Of a stretch of 64,000 nucleotides of DNA, positions 13,236 through 25,686 are shown in pieces. A program made the position numbers and the translations under genes. Position 1 is the stretch's first letter; the number at the start of each line of letters is the position of its first letter. The stretch comes from Gnetum montanum (Eukaryota > Plantae > Gnetophyta): positions 279,573 to 343,572 of the forward strand of contig MNCI01001925.1 of the NCBI GenBank assembly GCA_015680685.1, written 5' to 3'. The notes beneath the pieces were generated by a model, which saw only the letters and a list, made by a program, of their open reading frames with translations, was not told the origin of the DNA and made no database searches.

Positions 13236-14020
13236 TCATATGTCATCTTCATCTACATTGTTTCCTTCCAAGTTGTTTCCTTCCGCATCGTTTCCTTCTG
13301 CTTCACCTTCCTCTACACTACTTCTGCCATTGTTTCTACCCTCTGAGGGACCTACTTCTTCACCTGGGATTTGCACCACCAAAAAAATGAAGTAGTCAGC
13401 TAGAGTTGCACATAATAGTTAGAAAAACATAAACTGTTGCATCGTAAAAAGTGATCAAACTGAGACAACCCCTCATCTGTCTTGAGGGATATGTGATCTA
13501 ATCCGAGCCTAAGGTGGTGCCATACCTCCTCCTCTATGATATTTTCCCAGTGCCTATCACTTAATTCAATGTTTACTACAGCTTTCTCCTTTTTGATTTC
13601 TGTCCATCTTGGTGGTCCCAGAGAAAAGGAGGCGGTGGCGGTCTTACCTATGGGAAAGTCCACTTCCCACTCAGGGTGACTCAGTGACTGTCACTTGCTG
13701 CATGAACTTGTTGTAGGCCTCATAAGCACAAATAGCATCTATGAATGTTTCATAAGTATACAACTTCACTGAAGCATCCTGATATTGTTTATGATAAGTG
13801 GCACGTTCTAGTTTATACATATGGTTGTGATTCTTTTGGGATTGCCCCCACTTGTAGACCCTGGCTCTATAATCTTTCTAGTCTTTGTTATTCTAGGCCA
13901 ACAAATCCATCTACATCTACTATTCAATTATTTCCTGGGTGGTCTTGTTGTTGCACCACACAACCATCCAATATCTTGCATAATCTATGATAGTCGTGCA
14001 CCAATTACCATTGTTGGTAT
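13236..14020 (-). pseudogene. 3' exons of the antisense accessory gene of element A (end of coiled-coil exon plus acidic last exon)
   Basis: ORF 13400-13663 (PPRWTEIKKEKAVVNIEL..W..I.EEEVWHHLRLGL) matches C 40558-41388 (PTWSAVDKGKALANVDL..W..V.EEEILRRLEFGL); last exon is acidic and ends at TGA 13236. Confidence 0.8.
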
Positions 14021-15766
14021 TGAAACACCCTAAATTTTAAAGGCATTCTTGCTTCACCAGGGTCCTAGAATTGAGGCAAACATGTCCACAAGTGTAGCCT
14101 CATGAATGTTTGGTAGGAAATGGATGCTCTGTGTTTAGAATGTCTAATTTGGATGATTTAACTGGCTAACAGTTCATTTAGGAAGCATGCTAAGGGTTGT
14201 CGATGGTGCTCAAGATCAAAAAAATAGTTTGGAAATTTTTTCTAGTCATGAAATTTGCTATGCTACGCTACGCTATGTAGTGTACCAGGCCTCAGAAGAT
14301 AGTTTCTTAGGCAACCAAACTATTGCAAGATGAAGTGCTACGCTAGGCTACACTACATAGCATAGCACAACGTAGCGAAGGAAAAATTAAAAGGCCCAGC
14401 TCACCTAGTGATTCCAATTGCACTTGGGAAGCACTATAGCCTTCAAAACTAGTTATCTTGTTCAACTTCAAGTTCCTCAGCAAAGCTCCTCTTACTAGAA
14501 AATTGGATGATTAAGCAAAAGGTAGGCTATGTTGGCTGCTACGCTACATAGCGTAGCACAACATAGCAATGATGCAAGAACGAAAAAAGGTGTTTCAAAA
14601 TGCAAGATTAGCAAGTTTAGAGGCTTCACATTGCAAAGGAGAAATGTTGCAAATTGTCAGCATGATCTTCAAACAAATGTTTGCAACTTAAATGAAAATT
14701 GCAGTTAAAGCTAGCTGCTACACTATGTTATGCTATGTAGTGTAGAAACCATGCATAACTAGCCAAAACACTTCAAAGGTTTCTAGCACATGAAATTAAC
14801 TCCAATGTAAATTTCTTCTTTGAATTAGCAGCTACACTACGCTATGCTACATAGCGTAGCACAATGTAGCAGGCAGCTATGCTACACCAACATGCTATGC
14901 TCCACAATGTAGCAGGTAGCTAGGCTACACCAACATGCTATGCTCCACAGCATAGCATAGGGTAGCAGGTAGCTATGCTACATCAGTGTGCTTCACTCCT
15001 TGTCTACATCATTGGCACACCTGATCCTAGCATCTCCAGTTCTGACGGTGTAATTGCAGCATGACAACTTTGTGACTAGCTTTGCATGTTCATGCAGTAT
15101 GGACATGTCAACATCTTCTAGGTCTAGGACATGTGTCATCCAAGCCTCACTTCTCATGCCCTCCTAGCCCTATACATACCTCGACGAGCAACACTCAAAG
15201 GGTTGGCAAGTTGGTAATTCAAAAAGTTTGCGAGTTGGCAAATTTGGGGAAAAACTTGGTTGGCAAAATTGGAAATTTTGGTGTTTGGAAAACGAAAATT
15301 AGCAACTTTTTAATAGAATTAACAAGTTTTCTTTGTATAATTTTCACATTATTGGCTCTTAAGTCCATGTTCAAGCACATAGTTAGATTTATTTGAATGT
15401 CCTAGTTACTTTTGAGATCTTTGTGCTTCCGAGTGTTGTGTAACTGATTGTATCCATCTTGACAAAGTAAAGTTGTAATCTTGAAGCAGTGCATTTCTTA
15501 ACTCTAGTTCACTTTATTTTCCTACTTATCATTGCATTCTATATCATTTCCGCTTCCTTGCATTTGATAATTTTTATTTTATGCTATAAGCATTGTTTCC
15601 CAAAGGTTTAGTGACATCAAACTAAGTCCTTCTCTAATCAACCAGACCGTTCAGGGCACCCCATTTTCGTTTTATCTAGCACGACCCTCACGCAGATCCG
15701 GGGTTAGGATTTTCCAACCGACGAACTCTCAGTGTTTTCCAACGACCGATGTTTTTGGTCGCTATA
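14021..15766 (+). repeat. 5' LTR of element B
   Basis: TGAAACACCCTAAA...CGCTATA; direct repeat of 54396-56154. Confidence 0.93.
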
Positions 15767-15772
15767 GTTTTC

Positions 15773-15789
15773 TGGTGCTAGAAGGAGGG
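15773..15789 (+). promoter_or_regulatory. tRNA-Asn PBS of element B
   Basis: TGGTGCTAGAAGGAGGG. Confidence 0.85.
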
Positions 15790-16007
15790 TCTTCAATGCC
15801 TTTTCGATGTTTTATGGTAGTCTTTCATGCGTTCTATACCTCGTCATGCACTAGCGTAAATGTGACACCCTTTCATAGTTGTTTACGCATCATGTGATGC
15901 AGATTGGTCACACTGACAGTTCCTCTAGAATCCTGCAAGACAAAATGCCTTCGATCGCCTTCTGATCTCACTTTTCTTGTTTGTAATTCCTTTTTAGCCT
16001 TATGACA

Positions 16008-19000
16008 ATGATTTCCTTAAGCATCATAGGTACCACCTCTAACATTTAGGTTTCTATTCTGGTTGAAGGCACTATAGGTTCTGAGAAACCACCCAGCTCG
16101 ATACGAGAGTTGAGCCAATCTCTCAGGGTCCAAAACCTGGCACTTAAGGGCTTGACGTAGCAATATGAACAATATAACTTTCTTTGTACTAAGGTGTAGG
16201 GAAATCTTCCCTTAGACGCACAAGAACTCAAAGACAAATGTAGCTTTGAGTTCACCTATTGCGATGGGAGGGAATTTTTTCCCACCTAGCGTTTCCATTC
16301 CTTTGACGCAATCACATCAGTTGATCATAGATCATTTGGTACAATTGTCTAGGCCTAGGGAGCCGCAAGACATAGCATCTGATCATGATGAGGGGTTCCA
16401 TGATGGGCAATAGGAACTGGATTCCCAATTCAAGGGTGGGGGTTAAACAACCCTGCCACCATTCCTCCCACCCCTTCTTTTTAGACAAACCCGCTCTCTA
16501 CTATCGCTCCCTTTATGATCACAATTATGTCATTACAATCTGCAATCCCATTGGCAATGGGTAGCCATGCCATGCCCTCAGTGTACCAACACACCCACTC
16601 CTCTATCTCATTCTCAGCCATTTCCCCCTACAAACTATTCACCAATCCACTCCTACAGTGTATCACGCACCAATCATGGCTACCCTACCCTACATTCACA
16701 CCGTACCTACATTGTAGTTTCATTTAGTTTTTGCTTCCATTCCTACGTTTACAGCTACACCACTATTACCAGTGGGCACAGGCCTATCCACATGGTGGAC
16801 CCCATTCACTTCTCCTTCTATTTTACAGCTATCGTAGATGTCCCTCTATGCTAGCCAGCATACCTACCAAGTTTCGCAAATGATACAACATAGCGTGGGA
16901 CTCTAATCTATCCCTCCGACCATGCAAGCGACCTACCCTGTAGCACAACCAGTGGCTACTGCTACAACAGCACCACCTACCAAGTGGTGGATAGCTTAAG
17001 CAACACTATTCATAGGGGTCACCCCAACGACACCGCCTATGGGTCACGTCACTACCCTTGCCATGCCACAGATGGGAAATGTCCCTGCAACTCCCCAACC
17101 ATCCACATCATCTTTAGGTCCAGATCAAGCATTCCATCTTATCCAAACCCTCATAGAGGAAATAAAACACCTCAAGGTTATCAGTTCTGATATGGTACAA
17201 GTCATGCAGTTCTACCAGGATGATCCCATCAACCTGGTAGTCCTCGCACTAGCGTTACCTCCTAGGATGACACTTCCCCATTTTACAAAATACAATGGAG
17301 AGGGTGATCCCAATGCACATTTTGTTACATTTAGATCTGAGTCCCTTCTTCTACAACAATGGCTGCATATAATCATTTGTGTCATTGGCATGTCTCTGAC
17401 GGGAAAAAGCCTTGGAGTAGTACTGTGCACTTCCACGCTCCTCCATATCAACCCTGGAGGAGCTCCTGACTCAGTTCGTGATGCGTTTCAAGTATAACTT
17501 GAGGCCATCAGTCACACTGGATTAGCTAATGAGCATGAAAGAAGACCCATTGGAACCAATCCAGAAGTTCATACAGTGGTGGAGTGCTACCCTTAATGAG
17601 ATTCGTGAGCACATCATAGAGGCGTACCTACTTGCCATTTTTAAGGGTGCAATAAATGACTTCATCAAGTCTAAACTGTATTATCTCACTCCCCCACTCT
17701 TAGTTATGCTTTCACTCAAACTAAGAGAATACAAGATGCAGTCGAGGCAAGCAAAGACCTAGCCTACGTTGCATATAAGAATACCTTCATGAAGATGGAC
17801 AAAGATAAAGGTAAGGCTACAACAGCCACAGTGGCTGCTATGGAAAACAAGGCCAAACCCAACAACAGTAACAAGAATAACAAGAAACTGGCCACACCTA
17901 TAACTAACCCTACACCCAAATAGGGAAACACACCTCAACCTTCCACATCCATACCTAAAGCATCTACACCACCTAAACCGAACTTTGAGCGTAAAGATCT
18001 CTCAAAGTATACCTTGTTGCCTATCAAGCCTTCAGATCTTCTGAAGCAATTACTAGTGGTGGGGTACATCCAACACAAGTGGATGTCAAAGGAGGGAGCC
18101 AGAAAACATCAGTGGTATTGCAAAATCCTTAGGAACCCCTCTTTGGCTTTGCCCAATGAGCCTCCAATTTTTAAGGTTTTCAAGCTAGAGCAGTTCTATG
18201 ACTACCATCAATAGTGTGGTCATGACACAGATTACCGCATGGCATTAAAAGATGACATCCAAAGGATGATTGATTAGGGGAAAATGCTGCTAGATGAAGG
18301 CAACCCAGTATGTCCCGATAATCAATCCTTACATGTTTACATGGATCCTCTTAATTCCAATAATGCTAATTACACTATCAACACCATTGGCATTGATAGT
18401 AATCCAAGACCGTCCCAGTAGCCATTTGTGGTCTATGTGCCTCAATGTAGCACACCTGTACCACCATTGGCTAATCTAACCCTGCAACAACCATTTTTTC
18501 TGAGAGTCCCTCCCTAGACATCCACCCATGCACCACCTATAAATAGAATCACATCATTCGTTATTAGGGGGCCAAGCCATTCAATAGCCCCTACCCTGCA
18601 TAAGACAACTTCACAGCCTTCTCATCCTAAGAAACGAGAAGTGCACTTCATGGGTTAGACATCAAGGGAAAGTAATACCCTAGGTACTTCTAAGCTTACA
18701 TCCTTTCCCCCTGCATCTACATCCTTGTCGTTGAAAGATAATGTTGCTATGCGTGTAGAGTCTTTGCCACCTTGCCCAAAAGGATCTGAACCGAGACTTA
18801 AAACTATCTCTCCTTGGGAAATTTGTCTCCTTGGACGAATGGAAGAGGAGAAAAGTAGTAAAAAGGAAGGTGGCCAAGACCTTTTGAGCACTCTCACTTA
18901 GGTCAAGCAAGCTTTAAAACCAAAAAATACCACATTGAGCCTATATGACCTGATCATGACATCTACAACACACCTTGAGGCTTTGGTCCGCATGTTAACG

Positions 19001-19765
19001 ACAATTCTCATTGATGAGAACATTCCAGCGGAAGAAAAAGTGATCCACTTGGTCATGCTTCCTTCTGTGCCTGCAAAGCCTCAGCCATCCCAGTTGAATT
19101 TTTGTGATGACTCCATTAGGAAAGACCTTGAAAAGGGTCAGGTGACTACAACACCTCTTTTCATTATAATTCAGTTTGGCCAACATAGGATCTGAAGGGT
19201 ACATGTTGATGATGGGGCTGCTACAAATGTCATCCCATTCCCTATAGTGGATAAGCTAGGGTTGGTCAACCAAATCAGAGCCACGATGATGTCATGCTTA
19301 AAGTCGTTCAATAGGGCATGAGTCATAGTGAAAGGCACGGTTGACATTGACTTTGTGGTAGGAGACTAGTTCCCCACTAATGCAAAGTTCATCATGGTAG
19401 AAGAGATGCCCAGGTTTAACCTGATCTTGGGGAGATCCTGGTTAGCACAACTTAGGATCGTATCTTCCCTTGTACATTAGGAGATCCATCTACCCTATGT
19501 AGATAGGGAGGTGGTAATCCATGGTGATGAGGTAGCAACGCAAGCTATCAACAACATAGATATGGAATAGGGCTCAAAGGTTGTAACCTTTGAGAATGAA
19601 GTGCGTATCTTTGTAGATACTAACAGTTCAGCCAGAGAGCTAGCTCAACATTCCAGATTAGAAAATGAAAACACATGGGCTAAGTTGCCCTGCAAAGTGG
19701 AGGACAATGATGTAGATGAACGCCGTAGCAAAGCATCTTGGCCTTACACCTCATCCAATCCATGA
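16008..19765 (+). pseudogene. gag: Degenerate gag-protease of element B, copy 1
   Basis: FTKYNGEGDPNAHF, knuckle remnant, HVDDGAATNVIP protease motif; many stops. Confidence 0.9.
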
Positions 19766-19936
19766 TGGGTTAGGAAGTAGTTATGCATAGCGTAGTAGCC
19801 CTATTGCTTCCTGCCCTATCAGCACCCGTTGTACAGTTATCGCTTATCCACCTCACATCTATCCATCTACGCTAGATACACAAACTTACTTTCTTTAAAT
19901 TGTTAACATATCTTCTATTTACGTTAAAATTCTCCA

Positions 19937-20148
19937 TGGCTCACTAAGGCCTAAAACTGACAAGATTTCTTCTGTTTACATCACGTCCAATGGCTTGAAA
20001 TGGTCTAAACTAGCAACGACCCAAAATGTCCTAAAACTAGTAGGGGCCTGAAATGGCCTAAAACTAGCAATGGCCCAAAATGGCCTAAAATGAGTGATGA
20101 CCCAAAATGGCCTAAAACTAGCGATGGCCCGAAATGGCCTAAAACTAA
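19937..20148 (+). repeat. About 28-bp tandem array (GGCCCGAAATGGCCTAAAACTAG), B copy 1
   Basis: Direct inspection. Confidence 0.85.
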
Positions 20149-20312
20149 AACATTAAAAAAATGAAAACATAAAACTGATCACATAGATAACACATAAGCT
20201 AGCATAAAACCAATTTCTCTTCCAAAATTCTCTTTTTCATTCAAAGCATTTTCCATCAAACAATGTTTGCAAAAATTTTGCAAAAAATAAAAAAAATCAA
20301 AAACCCATGCTG

Positions 20313-21601
20313 TCATATGTCATCTTCTCCCACATCATTTCCTTACACATCTTTTCCTTCTGCTTTTCCTTCCTCTACACTACCTTCTTTTGCCTCTTCA
20401 TTTTCACCCTCTACAAGCCCTGTGTCTTCACCTTGAATCTGCAACATAAAAAAATATGAAGTTGTCAACTAGAATCATACATAATAGCTAGAAACACATA
20501 AATTGTTGCATCTTAAAAGATGACTAACTAGAGATGGCCCTACATCTGTCTCGAGAGGTATGCAATCCAAAATGAGCTCGAGGTGGTGCCAAATCTCCTC
20601 CTCCGTGATATCTACCTAGTACCAATCACTTGGTTTAGCATTTGCAACAACCTTCTTCTTTTCAATGGCTATCCATCCTGGCGGTCTCGGAGAAAAAGAA
20701 GAAGTGGCAGTCTCACCTATGGGAAGATCCACTACTTGTTTAGGGGATTCACTAATCATCACTTGCTCCATGAACTTGTTGTAAGGCTTAGAAGTAGCAA
20801 TGGCATTCACGAATGCTTCATAGGTAAACACCTTCACTGAAGCATCCTAGTATTATTTGTGGTAGGTGGGAAGTTCTAGTTTATACATATGTTTCTGGTT
20901 TTTCTAGAACTTCCCCCACTCGTAAACTTTGGCATTGTAGTCTTTCTAGTCCTGGTTCTTCTAAGCCAACAAGTCCATCTGCATTTGCTGTTCTATTATC
21001 TCCCGGATGACCTCGTTGTTGTGCCGCATGACTATCTAGTAACTAGCATAATCTATGATAGCTGTGCACCAACTGCCATCATTAGTATCACGAGCTAGGA
21101 AGAACTCATTCTTGGATCAGAGGTTTCCCATCTTAGTGGTCAGGTAAGCCTTCTCTTTCTTAGTCCTTTGGACCCATTTCCATAGATCTTCATTGACGTG
21201 CCTACACTCCCACAAGGAGTGTGCCTAGGGCAAAGTGCATTTGCTAGCCTTGTCGTATATGTGACGAGGCACCTCGGTGACTTAGGGCGGGAATGTAGGC
21301 ATGGTATCAACTTTCAATGCCTATTTTTGGTTGCACTTGAGTTAAGAGGCCGTAATCACACAAAGAGTGCATTAGTAACACTAGCGTAGCAAAGTTAGCA
21401 ACTCAAGAAGTCTAGTGTAGCAACCTCAAAAAGCCTAGCATAGCAACTTTACTTACCCACTTCAAGATCAACCTGTCTGAGATGGCCAATCATGTTGTCA
21501 ATGACCCCTGCATGAAAGTAAGCTTTTCAGGGGTCTTGGTCCATGGTTCCAAGAAAATCAAGGGAGGTTCGACAACGTTAATAGTGGTGTCTATCATACA
21601 A
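20313..21601 (-). pseudogene. Duplicated 3' part of the antisense accessory gene of B
   Basis: ORF 20616-20837 (PPGWIAIEKKKVVANAKP) and colinearity with 25687-26972. Confidence 0.8.
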
Positions 21602-24600
21602 GAACTTGAAAAAAAATGTAGCTTTGAGTTCACCTATTGCGATGGGAGGGAATTTGTTCCCACCCCTAGCATTTCCATTCCTTTGACGCAATCGCATCAA
21701 TGGATCATAGATCATCTAGTACAATTGTCTAGGCCTGGGGAGCTGCAAGACATAGCATCTGACCATGATGAGGGGTTCCACGATGGGCAATAGGAACTGG
21801 ATTCCCAATCTAAGGATGGGGATCAAACAACCCTACCACCATTCCTCCCACACCATCTTTATAGACAAACCCGCTCTCTATTTTTGCTCCCTTTATGATC
21901 ACAACCATTTCATTGCAATCTACAATCCCATCGGAAATGGGTAGCCATGCCATGCCCTCAGTGTACCAACATGCCCACTCCTCTATCTCATTCTTAGCCA
22001 TTTCCCCTTGCAAAATGTACACCAATCCACTCCTGCAGCGTATGATGCACCAATCATGGCTACCCTACCCTACATTCACACCGTACCTACGTCATAGTTT
22101 CATTTACTTTCTACTTCCATTCCTGCATTTACAGCTACCCCACTGTTAGCGGTAGGTACAAGCCCATCCACATGGTGGGCCCCATTCACTTCTCCTCCTA
22201 TTTTGCAACTATTGCAGATATCCCGGTATGCTAGCCAGCAAACCTACCAAGTCCTGCAAATTGTACAATGTAGTGCGGGACTCTAATCTATCCCGTCGGC
22301 CACGCAAGTGATCTACCCTGTAGCACAACCAGTGGATACTGCTACAACAACACCACCTATAGAGTGGTAGATAGCTTAAGCAACACCATTCACAGGGGTC
22401 ACTCCAATGGCCCCGTAGATGGGTCACGTCGCCGTCCTTGCCATGCCATAGATGGGAACTGTCCCTGTAGCTCCCCAACCATCCACATCATCTTCAGGTC
22501 TAGATCAAGCATTCCATCTTATCTAGTTCCTCATAGAGGAAATAAAACACCTCAAGGCTTTCGGTTTTGATACGGTACAAGTCATGGACTTCTACCAGGA
22601 TGATCCCATCAGCCTAGTAGTTCTCGCACTAGCGTTACCTCCTGGGATGTCACTTCCCCATTTACAAAATACAATGGAGAGGGTAATCCCAATGCACATC
22701 TTGTTACATTTAGATCTGAGTCCCTTCTTCTACAATAATGGTTTCATACAATCATTTGTGTGTTTGGCATCTCTCTGACTAGAAAAGCCTTGGAGTAGTA
22801 CCATGCACTTCCACGCTCCTCCATATCAGCCCTGGAGGAGATCCTGACTCAGTTCGTGATGCATTTCAAGTATAACTTGATGCCAGAATTCACACTGGAT
22901 CAGCTAATGAGCATGAAACAAGACCCATTGTAACCAATCCAGAAGTTCATACAGTGGTGGAGTGCTACCCTTAACGAGCTCCGTGAGCCCATTGTGGAGG
23001 CCTACCTACTGGCCATTTTTAAGGGTGTAGTAAATGACTTCATTAAGTCTAAATTGTATTATCTCACTCCCCCCACTCTTAGTTAGGCTTTCTTTTAGAC
23101 TAAGAGAATATAGGACACAGTCGAGGCAAGAAAAGACCCAGCCTAGGTTGCATATAAGAATACCTTCATGAAAAAGGATAAAGATAAACGTAAGGCTGCA
23201 ACAGCCACATTGGCCGCTATGGTGAACGAGGCCAAACCCAACAACAGTAACAAGAATAATAAGAAACTAGCCACACCTGTAACTAACCTTGCACCTAAAC
23301 AAGGAAACACACCTCAACCTTCCACATCCACACCTGAAGCATCTACACCACCTAAACCAAACTTTGAGCGTAAAGATCTCTCAAAGTATACCCCGTTGCC
23401 TATCAAGTCTTTAGATCTTCTAAAGCAATTACTGGTGGTGGGGTACATCCAACACAAGTGGATGTCAAAGGAGGGAGCTAGAAAACATCAGTGGTATTGT
23501 GAACTCCTTAGGAACCCCTCTTTGGCTTTGCCCAATGAGCCTCTAGTTCCTAAGGGTTTCCAGCTAGAGTAGTTCTATGACTACCATCAACAATGTGTTC
23601 ATGATATGGATTACTGCATGACATTAAAAGATGACATCCAAAGGATGATTGATTAGGGGAAACTGCTGTTAGATGATGGAAACCCAGTATGTCCAAAGAA
23701 TCAATGCCTGCATGTTTACACGGATCCTCTTAATGCCAACAATGCCAGTTACACTATCAACACCATTAGCATTAACACTAATCCTAGACAGCCCCAACAA
23801 CCATTTGTGGTCTGTGTGCCTCAACGTAGCACACCAGTACCACTAGTTGCTAGTCTAACCCTACAACAACCATTTGTTCTGAGAGTCCCTCCCTAGACAT
23901 CCACCCCTACACCACCTGTAAATAGACTCACACCATTCGTTATCAAGGGGCCAAGCCATTCAATAGCCCCTGCCCTACATAAGAACGCTGCATAGCCTTC
24001 TTGTCCTAAGAAATGAGAAGTGTGCTTCACAGGTGAGACATCGAGGGAAAGTACTATCCCAAGTACTTCCAAGCTTACATCCTTGCCCCTTCCATATATG
24101 TCCTCGTCGTTGAAAGATAACGTTGCTATGCATGTAGAGTCTTTGCCACCTTGCCCAAAAGGATCTGAACCCAGACCTAAAACTATCTCTCCTTGGGAAA
24201 TTCATCTCCTTGGATGAATGGAAGCAGAGAAAAGTAGTAAACAGGAAGGTGGCCAAGAGATTTTGAGCACTCTCACTTAGGTCAAGCAAGCTCTAAAACC
24301 AAAAAATACCACATTGAGCCTATATGACCTAATCATGCCATCTACAGCACACCTTGAGGCTTTGGTCCACATGTTAATGACAATTTTTCTTGATGAGAAC
24401 ATGCCAGTAGAAGAAAAAGTGATCCACTTGGTCATGCTTCCTTCTATGCATACAGAGCCTCAGCCATTCTAATTGACTTTTTGTGATGACTCCATTAGGA
24501 AAGACCCTGAAAAGGGTCAGGTGACTATAACACCTCTTTTCATTACAATTCAGTTCGGCCAACATAGGATTTGAAGGGTACACATTGATGATGGGGCTGC

Positions 24601-25138
24601 TACAAATGTCATCCCATTCCCTATAGTGGATAAGCTGGGGTTGGTTGACTAGATCAGACCCATGATGATGTCATGCTTAAAGTCATTCAATGGGGCATGA
24701 GTTGTAGTGACGGTCCACATTGACTTTGTGGTAGGAGACTAGTTCCCCACTAATGCAAAGTTCATCATGGTAGAAGAGATACCCAGGTTTAACCTCATCT
24801 TGGGGAGATCATGGTTAGCACAACTTAGGGCCGTATCTTCCCTCGTACATCAGGAGATCCATCTACCCTATGTAGGTAGGGAGGTGATAATCCACGATGA
24901 CGAGGTAGCAATGCAAGCTATCAACAACATAGATATGGAATAGGGCTTAGAGGTTGTAACCTCTGAGAATGAAGTGCATATCTCTATAGATACTAATAGT
25001 TAAGCTAGAGAACTGGCTCAATATGTCGGATCAGAAAATGAAAACACGTGGGCTGAGTTGCCCTTCAAAGTGGAGGACAACGATGTAGACGAAGGTCATA
25101 GCAAAGCATCTTTATCTTACACGTCATCCAATCCATGA
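21602..25138 (+). pseudogene. gag: Degenerate gag-protease of element B, duplicated copy 2 (5'-truncated)
   Basis: Colinear with 16224-19765; ORFs 22584 and 23168; HIDDGAATNVIP. Confidence 0.9.
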
Positions 25139-25309
25139 TGGGTTAGGAAGTAGTTATGCAGAGCATAGTAGCCCTATTGCTTCTTGCCCTATCAACATCC
25201 ATTGTATAGTTATCGCTTATCCACCTCACATCTATCCATCTATGCTAGATACACAAACTTACTTTCTTTAAACTGTTAACATATCTTCTATTTACATTAA
25301 AATTCTTCA

Positions 25310-25520
25310 AGGCCCGCTAAAGCCTAAAATTGGCAAGATTTCTTCTCTTTACATCATGTCCAATGGCTTGAAATGACCTAAACTAGCATTGGTCTAAAAT
25401 GTCCTAAAACTAGCAGGGGCCCGAAATGGCCTAAAACTAGCAATGGCTCAAAATGGCCTAAAACGAGCGTTGACCCGAAATGGCCTAAAACTAGTGATGG
25501 CCTGAAATGGCCTAAAACTA
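25310..25520 (+). repeat. About 28-bp tandem array, B copy 2
   Basis: Direct inspection. Confidence 0.85.
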
Positions 25521-25686
25521 AAACATTAAAAAAATGAAAACATAAAATTGATCACACAAATTACACATAAGCTAGCATAAAACCAATTTCTTTTCCAAAA
25601 TTCTCTTTTTCATTCAAAGCATTTTTCCATCAAACAATGTTTGCAACAGTTTTGCAAAAAATACAAAAAATCAAAAACCCATGCTG